A DNA stretch of 25,983 bases. Origin: Geosiphon pyriformis uo1 (Eukaryota > Fungi > Glomeromycota). The stretch's first letter is position 1. Each line of letters starts with the position of its first letter. A model generated the notes under the pieces. The model was not told where the DNA came from and ran no database searches. It was given only the letters and a program-made list of their open reading frames with translations. The DNA lies in NCBI GenBank assembly GCA_016748015.1, contig JAAOMT010000473.1:13182-39164 (forward strand), given 5' to 3'. A program made the translations under genes and the position numbers. Of the stretch, positions 1-8,843 are shown one piece after another.

Positions 1-2
1 GT

Positions 3-2114
3 GGTGATGTTCGGAGGGGATTTGTTCTTCCCATCAGAGCAGATGCAATTCTCAGCGTCAAAGGGTTGCACTTACAGCCAGGGGGGATGGTCCGACAGCT
101 CAGTCTAAAGGCTGATGGATCCAGACAGCCAAAGAGCAGGTTTACCCATGACCTGTCTTTCTCAATTACTTCTAATGATGCCTCAGTGAATGCAAGAGTC
201 GATATGTCCCGGCACCCAGAGATGGTCTACGGCTGGTGCTTGCTCCGATTGCTTCACTACATTGCGGCATTAAGAGCAAGGAATCCTGGCGTGCGAATAT
301 TCATTTCTAAATTTGATTACTCTGACGCCTACAAAAGGATCTCACAAAGTCCGCAGTCGTCAGCCGCCTCAGTCATTTGCTTTGGGGAGGTAGCGTACAT
401 TTGTTGGAGGATGGTCTTCGGAGGATCTCCAAACCCCGCGGGCTTCAGTGGTTTTTCCGAAGTGTTAACAGACCTAGCAAATGAGATTGCAATGTCCGAC
501 TACTCGCCAGAGGACTACGTGAGCCCGACTGTCAGGACATCCCACCTGGAGGTCAGAGAGACAGAGGAGCAAGATGCCAAGTTTGCAGCATCCATTATGC
601 CAGCATTCGAGGTTCCAACGCGCTCGAACAGTATCCGAGATTGTTTCATAGATGACATCATCGATTGCCACCTCGACATGGGAGAGATCAGGCGCAGATC
701 AGGACACATTGTTCAGATGGCTGTCCATGTGATGAGCAGACCGCACGCCGGAGAGGATCTCGAACCAGTACCAAGGAAGCCTCTCCTTGGCCCAGATAAA
801 TTGGAGGCGGAGGGACGGAGCTCGGAACGACAGATTGTCCTGGGATGGGAGATCCGAACAAGGAGCCTCACAGTCGCTCTACCTTATGATAAACATCTAG
901 CCTGGAGAGAGGATCTGGTCTCAATGATCAAGGCATCGAGAGTGAGCAGGAAAGACCTAGAATCCATGATAGGTCGACTAAATCATGCCTCCTTCTTGAT
1001 ACCTTTGAGCCGTCATTTCTTGAACGAGATTCGAAAGAAGTGCGATACGACGCAAGTCGGCCAAGCGGCGCGACAGACGGTGAGGTTGAACGGACATGAA
1101 ATCGAAGATCTGAAACTATGGGTCGAGTTCCTAGATCTTGCAAGGAAGGGGATCTCCATCAACATACTGACCATCCGCACACCGACCCGCATGGCCTGGT
1201 CAGATTCCTGTCCATTTGGACTTGGAGGGTATTCACTGCAGGGAAGAGCATGGAGGATCAGAGTCCCACGCGATTGCCCTTTCTATGGAGACGACACGGC
1301 AAACAATGTGCTGGAGTTCCTAGGCATGGCGATCTCAATCATGCTACTCTTGAAAGAGGCATCGGAGGATAAGGAAGACCACCCTTGCCTCCTCGTCCTT
1401 GGGGACAACACATCAGCTGTATCCTGGATCTTCCGTTCAGGTCGTGTTTCCAAAAACTCACGCTACTACCCAGCGGTCAAACTCATCGCACGAACGATAG
1501 CATTCCAAGCGCTAAACTCAGGTGCCCAAATATGCTCTCAGCATCTGGCGGGGGTGACCAACATAGTAGCCAATCTCCTCAGTTTCGAAGGAGACTGTCG
1601 AGGCGCCACAAACCCGATTACAATCGACTGCCCACCAGATGACGTACTAACCAAACGTGTTCATGAATTCTACTCGCAGGTAGTTCCAAGTGGTTTCCAA
1701 ATTCGCCATCTTCCAGACGAAATCGAATTCTTCGCGCTATCGGTCATGCAGTTAGCAGCGAAATCTTGGATTCGAAAGGCGAAGCAGCCTTCGAAAAAGG
1801 GGACAGACATTGGAGAAGATGGGAATGCTTCCTCCGCGAGTGGGGAGTGGTCGGCGACCCCCTCCTCGATTCGGTTCCCAGCGCAGAGGAAAGACTGCTC
1901 TTGGCAAGGGGGTACGTGTCCTACCATCGATCCTTTGACTTCAACCCACAGGGAGAAGCTACTACAGAGCGTCAGAAACCCATGGTATCGGCGACTCTTC
2001 GAGACGCCATTAGCAGTGTGGCATCGACGTTCAGGAAACGTGGAAGGCCCAGCCCCTTCCACATCCAGAACGGAGTCCATGAGGCAGGGTCGATACACCC
2101 AAGAATTCGACTGA
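3..2114 (+). CDS. Reverse transcriptase / RNase H of YR retrotransposon (5' partial)
   Basis: Frame is open from base 3 (GDVRRGFVLPI...). RT motifs: KFDYSDAYKRI, RMVFGGSPNP, FIDD, VLGWEI, LESMIGRLNHA. RNase H motifs: WSDSC, NVLEFLG, GDNTSA, HLAGVTNIVANLLS. Confidence 0.9.
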   Translation, partial: GDVRRGFVLPIRADAILSVKGLHLQPGGMVRQLSLKADGSRQPKSRFTHDLSFSITSNDASVNARVDMSRHPEMVYGWCLLRLLHYIAALRARNPGVRIFISKFDYSDAYKRISQSPQSSAASVICFGEVAYICWRMVFGGSPNPAGFSGFSEVLTDLANEIAMSDYSPEDYVSPTVRTSHLEVRETEEQDAKFAASIMPAFEVPTRSNSIRDCFIDDIIDCHLDMGEIRRRSGHIVQMAVHVMSRPHAGEDLEPVPRKPLLGPDKLEAEGRSSERQIVLGWEIRTRSLTVALPYDKHLAWREDLVSMIKASRVSRKDLESMIGRLNHASFLIPLSRHFLNEIRKKCDTTQVGQAARQTVRLNGHEIEDLKLWVEFLDLARKGISINILTIRTPTRMAWSDSCPFGLGGYSLQGRAWRIRVPRDCPFYGDDTANNVLEFLGMAISIMLLLKEASEDKEDHPCLLVLGDNTSAVSWIFRSGRVSKNSRYYPAVKLIARTIAFQALNSGAQICSQHLAGVTNIVANLLSFEGDCRGATNPITIDCPPDDVLTKRVHEFYSQVVPSGFQIRHLPDEIEFFALSVMQLAAKSWIRKAKQPSKKGTDIGEDGNASSASGEWSATPSSIRFPAQRKDCSWQGGTCPTIDPLTSTHREKLLQSVRNPWYRRLFETPLAVWHRRSGNVEGPAPSTSRTESMRQGRYTQEFD

Positions 2115-2475
2115 TGCTCCGAGGGTATGAGAAGGAGGACCCGCCACCACGGCGACAGAAAGCAGTCACACCAGTCCTATTGCTAGATCTAGTGCAATAC
2201 GCGAGTTGTCTCTCTCTTTGGGCACAACATGCAGCCGATTTGATCGTGGGAGGATACTTCTTTGCGATGCGAGTGTGCGAGTTCTGTAGTACAGAGAGAC
2301 CAGGACGAACTCGGAAGCTAACTCTCGGAGATGTCGTTTTCCGAGACCAGGACAGCCGTGTAGTGGATCAAACATATCCGAAACTAAACGAGAAAGCAAT
2401 GTTTGTCACCATTTGCTTCTCGGACCAGAAAAATGGGACCAAGATGGAGAGGCGCTCCCACAAGAAGACGGGAGA
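1766..2475 (+). CDS. Tyrosine recombinase (3' partial, start uncertain)
   Basis: Motifs LRGYEKEDPPPRRQKAVT, GYFFAMRVCEF (first catalytic Arg box) and FSDQKNG (catalytic Lys). Overlaps the RT ORF in the -1 frame and ends at a gap. Confidence 0.85.
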
Positions 2476-2495
2476 NNNNNNNNNNNNNNNNNNNN

Positions 2496-2741
2496 TATGC
2501 CACTCCAGGCCAAGTTGCTGGTTCAGGTACTGCCTCGATGCAGTTTGGAGGCACGGGCCGTCGTCAGCTTCGTGCAGAGCGTGACTTGCAAGCGGCCGAT
2601 TCGGCTGGTACAGCAGAGTTTGATTTGAACTTTCAAGTTGCTCAAGCAGCAGCCCAAAGTGACTCTGGTGCTGGATCGACGTCAATGGGTGCCGCGATGA
2701 CAATGGTGGCTGCACTTGCTGCTGTGGCCGCTTTGTTATAA
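2496..2741 (+). CDS. Secreted/GPI-anchored surface glycoprotein family, copy A (3' end only)
   Basis: YATPGQVAG...RRQLRAERDLQ...SDSGAGSTSMGAAMTMVAALAAVAALL-stop is nearly identical to the C-terminus of 6836-7987. Confidence 0.85.
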   Translation, partial: YATPGQVAGSGTASMQFGGTGRRQLRAERDLQAADSAGTAEFDLNFQVAQAAAQSDSGAGSTSMGAAMTMVAALAAVAALL

Positions 2742-3636
2742 ACGTGGACTGCGACTGTTTAAGAGATCTTTGTTCACAGTCAGATCATTGCCAAATCCAT
2801 CATGGACGTCATGGACTGAGGCGTAGCTAATAACAACTGTATCATAGGGTATACCTTGTAGACGTGCAAAAAACTGTTGTATCTATCTATTTTCATAAGT
2901 TTTTGTCGTGTATTGGGCGTTCTCCTTTCTCAGAAAGCCCCACTGTGGATTCGGAATCTTGAACTTGTAAATTTGCAAAATTGCGACTCGAGGGCCTTCT
3001 TAGAACTTGGAAGTCATAATGTTCGATGTAGAATACTTGAAAGCACCAAAACACAGTCAGCTGCATAACGTTCTGGCAAATCTGTCACACATGTCATGAA
3101 GCACAACATATTTCACAGCGCTTATTAATTTCTATCATACTAACGTACACGTTCGTATAATGTTGTCTCTACCAGTTTGCCCTTGTAGATAGTACTCGTG
3201 CACATCAGACAAGAATTGTCAGAATAGTTCTTCACTTTCAATAAAGATCCTTGTAGGTACTGTGCGTCTTATTGATGTATTTCGCACGAGGTACCGGTAA
3301 CCGGTAGGTAACACGGCATTTGACGGCGATTTATGATAACATTTACGGTCATCATTACGTACCAGGTAACTAGCGGTAAACAGAGCGAGGAATGTCTTCG
3401 GCAAATCTATTTTCTTCTCGCATTTTGCTTTTACTTCTACCAGCAAGTCCTTCGTCATTCTGCCTCATATATACACGTTGAGGACAAAGAGACCGATGAT
3501 GAGTTCCGAAATGACCTCGTTGTCACATGACTAGAATGCCGTGTATTTTGCGAATGGCTGATATGCAGTTAGAATTTGACATCGCACTTTTCAAAGAAGA
3601 AGGAAGGATCGCTCCTGCCCATTTGGGAAAAAAGAC

Positions 3637-3645
3637 TATATATAT
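3637..3645 (+). promoter_or_regulatory. Putative TATA box of copy B
   Basis: TATATATAT lies ~225 bp upstream of ATG 3867, before a CA-rich leader. It is also present in the homologous upstream region of copy D (21224-21231, minus strand). Confidence 0.35.
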
Positions 3646-3866
3646 TGACAGAGAGTTTTTCCGAATGACCCAGTAGAAAGCGAACCAACAAACCATATCC
3701 ATGGACTACATTCACAAACTCATAATTTTCAACTGTCGAACCCAACAAGGCTGACGACCATTCGAAACATCAACCAAACAATTACTACACAAAATACAAT
3801 ATAATACAAACTCAACTCGACTCAACTTCTCTAAACAAGAAAAGCAAACAATACAATACATTCAAG

Positions 3867-4583
3867 ATGAAGACTACCGCTATTCTATTTGCTGCTCTAG
3901 CTTCTGCTTCTGCTGTCGCAGCTCAAGGCGACCAACAACGACTCCTCGCTACTCTAGCCGAGAAATGGAACCTCACTGACCCATCCTTTGCCTATGACTC
4001 AAACACATTCAACCTCACATTCCCTGTAACTGACTTCATCGGCACCGGAATGTCCAACTTTTCCTTGTGGACTGCTCCTGGATGTCAGTCCGATGGCGGA
4101 ACCTCACTCACTAACGATGATGTATGGTCCAGCTCTCCTCGCCTTGTGGAGAATAGTGCTCTCACCAGTGGATCGTCATTGGACAGCGGTGCTTTCAATG
4201 GACGAAGTGCCACCATCGTCGCCGCATTTGATCCACAGAAGGTTTCTACATCAGTCATCTACAATGATACATCTGTAACTGGACAAGGAGCATCTGCCCA
4301 AATCCGTTTCTGCATGCGCTTTGGAGTGTGGACTACAGAAGCAATGGGTGTGACGACTCCGGTCGAAGTCAACTTTTTGGAGACACTTGTGACACTGACA
4401 GTCAACTTGACTAGTGGTTTCCAGATTGGTGCTATCAATGTTGCACCAAAGAACCGTCTTGTTCGAACTGCCAACCAAGCCTACGAAGTTCGTGGATACG
4501 AGTGCAGCGCCGGCAGCTTCAACGAATTGAGTACTGCCGACAAGGATCGTCCTCGCAACCAGGGTGAAATCATCCATGTTTGT
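3867..4583 (+). CDS. Surface glycoprotein family, copy B (3' truncated by gap)
   Basis: Signal peptide MKTTAILFAALASASAVAA, then QRLL. Collinear with the complete copy C, with mostly synonymous differences. Confidence 0.9.
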
Positions 4584-4745
4584 NNNNNNNNNNNNNNNNN
4601 NNNCTTTTGGGGGCAGGGTTGGGGAGCAATTTAGGACGAGATGGACGTCAGGCATGGATGGCAAGTATGGACGGGGGGAGTCAAAGTTAGCGACTTGAGG
4701 TCATTTTTCATTGGACTATTTTTTTCCAAAGAACACATGGCAATC

Positions 4746-5332
4746 TAGATAGATTTACGTATGAACGACTCGACCGGGAATCGACCGATTCGACCCAGCA
4801 CCGATTCTAGCCTCCGTCTAGGGAAATGACCGGAGGTCAACTGAAGAAGAGACACAACATTGTCGTTTCTTGACGAAATCGTTGTCTTTTCAAGCTAAAC
4901 CAGCAGTAGTCTACGTAGCTTTTTAAATCCCACCCTCCCACACCGTGGTATTGGTTTGCAAGGGAGGGGGTCGCGCTTGGATCTAAGACCAGGCCCGACC
5001 AACTTAGCCACTACAAGAACAAACACAACAACAGTCTGATATTTGCTAGTACTACTCAAGCATTCAGAACTAGGGGAGAGCGTGAAGAGTAAAGAATCTT
5101 CGATGCGGAGAAACGGAGCATCGTAGATAGATTTACGTATGAACGACTCGACCGGGAATCGACCGATTCGACCCAGCACCGATTCTAGCCTCCGTCTAGG
5201 GAAATGACCGGAGGTCAACTGAAGAAGAGACACAACATTGTCGTTTCTTGACGAAATCGTTGTCTTTTCAAGCTAAACCAGCTTAGTCTACGTAGCTTTT
5301 TAAATCCCACCCGCCCACACCGTATTGGTTTG
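4746..5332 (+). repeat. 378-bp-period direct repeat (blocks P-Q-P-q)
   Basis: TAGATAGATTTACGTATGAACG starts at 4746 and 5124. Block P = 4746-4945 and block Q = 4946-5123; Q restarts just before the gap. Confidence 0.9.
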
Positions 5333-5485
5333 NNNNNNNNNNNNNNNNNNNNTGTCAAAGACCAAATCATTCCTTGATGTGGGAAAGTTTCACAGAGAGG
5401 CCGAGACAGGACCAAACCCCCTTCCAAACAGTCAGACAGAAGAAGAGATCCCTTCACTCACCTTTCCCCTGTCTCGACAACAAAA

Positions 5486-5759
5486 TGGTATTGGTTTGCA
5501 AGGGAGGGGGTCGCGCTTGGATCTAAGACCAGGCCCGACCAACTTAGCCACTACAAGAACAAACACAACAACAGTCTGATATTTGCTAGTACTACTCAAG
5601 CATTCAGAACTAGGGGAGAGCGTGAAGAGTAAAGAATCTTCGATGCGGAGAAACGGAGCATCGTAGATAGATTTACGTATGAACGACTCGACCGGGAATC
5701 GACCGATTCGACCCAGCACCGATTCTAGCCTCCGTCTAGGGAAATGACCGGAGGTCAAC
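5486..5759 (+). repeat. Further copy of blocks Q-P
   Basis: Matches 4946-5219 at an offset of 540, but is preceded by different sequence (5353-5485). Confidence 0.9.
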
Positions 5760-5779
5760 NNNNNNNNNNNNNNNNNNNN

Positions 5780-6043
5780 ATAGTCCGTTTCACCAAACCC
5801 GTAAGAGGGATATGCATCGCGGATCATTGCCTCGTAATCAGCAGAAGTAAAAGGAACAACATCAGTATCCCAAACTTCATCGAAGGTGGCGTAATAAGTA
5901 CCCTTCTTTAGTTGCCTTTCAGCTTCCAGCTGTTCCTCTGCCTCTCTTGCTCGTTCTCGCAAGCGTTTTCTCCGTCGCTTATTCCTTTTAGTTTTTGCCT
6001 TTTGCTTCTTGCTGCTCTCACCAATTGTATCGTGAAACGACAT
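5780..6043 (-). CDS. Hypothetical protein N-terminus with basic NLS-like/coiled-coil stretch (3' truncated by gap)
   Basis: ATG at 6043 gives MSFHDTIGESSKKQKAKTKRNKRRRKRLRERAREAEEQLEAERQLKK..., open to the gap. Divergent from copy C. Confidence 0.45.
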
Positions 6044-6418
6044 GATGATAAGAAATCCTTTGCGACAAAGTAATGAGCTTGCCACGGACAGAGATGGATC
6101 GACCAAAAAAACGATTCCAACTTGCAAACTCGTTGAGTTTCTGGATTGTATTTTATCGTACAGGCGGTACACGTGTACCTGTCTTCCGCGAAATACGAAA
6201 TACCGATATTTTAGTGCAAAGAATGAGCCGTATATCGTACTTATGAGGTATGTACCAGGTATATGTTGGTACATTCGACAGTGTCTACCGGTGGCAAGCA
6301 ACGGCGAATCCTACCAGCGTTGATTGCGAAAAACGGCATTATTGTGTGTAATAGACGCGGCATATTCGGTGAATCATTGTGCTTGCAGCACGATGACTGG
6401 GAATCAGAATAATGTTTT

Positions 6419-6758
6419 GCCGATAAATGACACTGGCAATAATCGACATCAAGGCGAACCACGGAGTGCCTAACAACTAACACCATCACCGTCACATTTC
6501 ATATCGGCACCTTTCCCTTCATGTGCCAAAGGTTTGGCCGATAAATGACACTGGCAATAATCGACATCAAGGCGAACCACGGAGTGCCTAACAACTAACA
6601 CCATCACCGTCACATTTCATATCGGCACCTTTCCCTTCATGTGCCAAAGGTTTGGCCGATAAATGACACTGGCAATAATCGACATCAAGGCGAACCACGG
6701 AGTGCCTAACAACTAACACCATCACCGTCACATTTCATATCGGCACCTTTCCCTTCAT
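6419..6758 (+). repeat. 118-bp perfect tandem repeat, ~2.9 copies
   Basis: GATAAATGACACTGGC starts at 6422, 6540 and 6658. Confidence 0.95.
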
Positions 6759-6835
6759 TCTCACAATTTTCAAACGTCGTGTGCCAACAAGCATAAAACT
6801 CGACTCAACAAAACACAACAAGCCACAAAGTGACA

Positions 6836-7987
6836 ATGAAGATCTCCGCTATCCTCTTTGCCACACTCACTTCTGCTGTCTCTGCTAACAGCGACCAGCG
6901 CCTCCTTGCAACTTTGGCTGAGAAATGGAACTTGACAGACCCAACCTTTTCCTATGACTCGAACAGCTTCAACCTCACATTCCCTGTTACTGACTTCATC
7001 GGCACCGGAATGTCCAATTTTTCGTTGTGGACTGCTCCTGGTTGTCAGTCCGACGGAGGAACCTCCCTCACTACTGATGATGTGTGGTCCAGCGCGCCTC
7101 GCCTTGTAGAGAATACTGATCTTTCCACTGGAAGTTCACTCGATAGTGGTGCTTTCGCTGGGCGCAATGCTACCATCGTCGCTGCATTCGACCCACAGAA
7201 GGTTTCTACATCTGTCATTTACAATGATACATCTGTAACGGGACAAGGAGCTTCTGCCCAAATCCGTTTCTGCATGCGCTTTGGAGTGTGGACTACAGAA
7301 GCAATGGGTGTGACGACTCCGGTCGAAGTCAACTTTTTGGAGACACTTGTGACACTGACAGTCAACTTGACTAGTGGTTTCGAGATTGGTGCCATCAATG
7401 TTGCACCCAAGAACCGTCTTGTTCGAACAGCCAACCAAGCCTACGAAGTTCGTGGATACGAGTGCAGCGCCGGCAGCTTCACCGAATTGAGTACTGCCGA
7501 CAAGGATCGTCCTCGAAACCAGGGTGAAATCATCCATGTTTGTGTGACACCACAAGCAGATGCCCTCACCGATGGTATCTTCATGCGATCCGTCGATAAG
7601 TTTGAATTCAATCGTGACACTACTATCCGTCAATCGGCCATTGAGGATAACGCAGCAGCCGGTAACCTATTGACGACGTACACCCCCGCGGATTGCCAAG
7701 GAGCGAAGGTGTGCCGTTTCTCGACGATTTTGTTTGCACAGTTTTATGCCACTCCAGGCCAAGTTGCTGGTTCAGGTACTGCCTCGATGCAATTTGGAGG
7801 CAATGCCCGTCGTCAGCTTCGTGCAGAGCGCGACTTGCAAGCGGCTGATGCGGCTGGTACAGCCGAGTTTGATTTGAACTTTCAGGTTGCTCAAGCGGAA
7901 GCCCAAAGTGACTCTGGTGCTGGCTCGACGTCCATGGGTGCTGCAGTGACAATGGCTGCAGTTGCAGCAGTTGCCGCTTTGTTGTAA
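6836..7987 (+). CDS. Surface glycoprotein family, copy C (complete, 383 aa, intronless)
   Basis: Signal peptide, QRLL motif, 6 Cys, six N-x-S/T sequons in the N-terminal half, RRQLRAERDLQ basic site. Ends in a small-residue SDSGAGS segment and a hydrophobic tail with no cytosolic extension (GPI-signal-like). Confidence 0.92.
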   Translation: MKISAILFATLTSAVSANSDQRLLATLAEKWNLTDPTFSYDSNSFNLTFPVTDFIGTGMSNFSLWTAPGCQSDGGTSLTTDDVWSSAPRLVENTDLSTGSSLDSGAFAGRNATIVAAFDPQKVSTSVIYNDTSVTGQGASAQIRFCMRFGVWTTEAMGVTTPVEVNFLETLVTLTVNLTSGFEIGAINVAPKNRLVRTANQAYEVRGYECSAGSFTELSTADKDRPRNQGEIIHVCVTPQADALTDGIFMRSVDKFEFNRDTTIRQSAIEDNAAAGNLLTTYTPADCQGAKVCRFSTILFAQFYATPGQVAGSGTASMQFGGNARRQLRAERDLQAADAAGTAEFDLNFQVAQAEAQSDSGAGSTSMGAAVTMAAVAAVAALL

Positions 7988-8152
7988 GGCAGAAGGTTTC
8001 TATTGCTTGGACACGATGCATNNNNNNNNNNNNNNNNNNNNTCCTATGTGCCCACCACTTGATTGGCGATGGAATGACCCAATGATGACCTGGTATGTCG
8101 TACGTTAGTACTAGGTACGAGGTAGAGCTGTACTACCGCTTGGAATCGCCTG

Positions 8153-8411
8153 TGAGGGATTCCGTAGATTTCGTACGTGCGAAATATTCCAGAATACGAA
8201 GAGGCAAACGATCCTACGCAGTGGTGGGTATTTGCTGTTTAGAAATTAAGTGATCTATAAAAGAACTGCCGTGATAGATACCCTGTAGTGTCAGAATCAT
8301 GGGTCCTCTTTATATCTGTCGTGTTAGAACTTGTAGGGTTCTTCAAATTATATGTATTCGTACTTATCGAATCGTAGTGTACGTATGAAGGTATGTCCGG
8401 GATTTCCCTCA
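8153..8411 (-). repeat. 3' LTR (259 bp) of CoDi-like Copia
   Basis: Bounded by a 7-bp inverted repeat TGAGGGA...TCCCTCA (TG...CA). Directly follows a polypurine tract and has an internal TATAAA on the minus strand near 8310. Confidence 0.85.
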
Positions 8412-8420
8412 CTCCCTCGT
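8412..8420 (-). promoter_or_regulatory. Polypurine tract
   Basis: ACGAGGGAG lies immediately 5' of the LTR TG, 46 bp after the pol stop. Confidence 0.75.
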
Positions 8421-8466
8421 CATTCGTACAAGTAGATTGATATATGTTTGTGTCGTTCTGTAATTG

Positions 8467-8823
8467 TCACCATCCCATGATGAGCCCTCGAAACTTTAAG
8501 AAGAGATCCCGACTCACAGCCTTGGTAAACACGTCCGCTAGTTGGTCCAAAGTGTTGATAGGTTCGATCTTGATAAGTTTTGCAGCAACGTGCTGGCGGA
8601 AGTGGTGATATTTAATGTTGATGTGTTTGGTGCGTGGACGCATGCGTGGGGTTCGTGCAAGTTCCAGTGCGCCAGAGTTGTCCTCAAATGCAGTGCACTT
8701 GACAACTGGTTGTAGGTCGTCGTTAAGTAATTTGCGGTCGCGAAGTTCCGTAATAATGTTCATAAGAGGTATGACTTGTCGTAGTGCCTCCGATAAGCAA
8801 CAATATTCGGCCTCGGTAGTGCT
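8467..8823 (-). CDS. Copia pol C-terminus (RNase H), intact end
   Basis: STTEAEY, FEDNSGA, RTKHINIKYHHFR, QLADVFTK, then stop. DNA matches 15631-15836. Confidence 0.92.
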   Translation of the reverse strand, partial: STTEAEYCCLSEALRQVIPLMNIITELRDRKLLNDDLQPVVKCTAFEDNSGALELARTPRMRPRTKHINIKYHHFRQHVAAKLIKIEPINTLDQLADVFTKAVSRDLFLKFRGLIMGW

Positions 8824-8843
8824 NNNNNNNNNNNNNNNNNNNN

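Larger units (their letters stand above)
1..2475 (+). mobile_element. Tyrosine-recombinase (DIRS/Ngaro-like) retrotransposon, internal fragment
   Basis: An RT-RNase H ORF is followed by an overlapping tyrosine recombinase ORF in the same orientation. Truncated by the window start and the gap at 2476-2495. Confidence 0.9.

Noticed and set aside
2368-2741. Apparent fusion of recombinase and surface protein
   Set aside because: Joined only through 20 N.
3289-3312. GTACCGGTAACCGGTAGG palindromic cluster
   Set aside because: Short and only partly retained in the second spacer copy; no function can be supported.
5432-6301. 289-aa minus-strand ORF
   Set aside because: Chimera across a gap with repeat DNA; only 5780-6043 is plausible.
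6419-6758. Possible CRISPR array
   Set aside because: Units are identical with no unique spacers, there are no cas genes and the context is eukaryotic.
7136-8021. Minus-strand ORFs over the surface protein copies
   Set aside because: Antisense shadows; substitutions are silent in the plus frame but change these translations.
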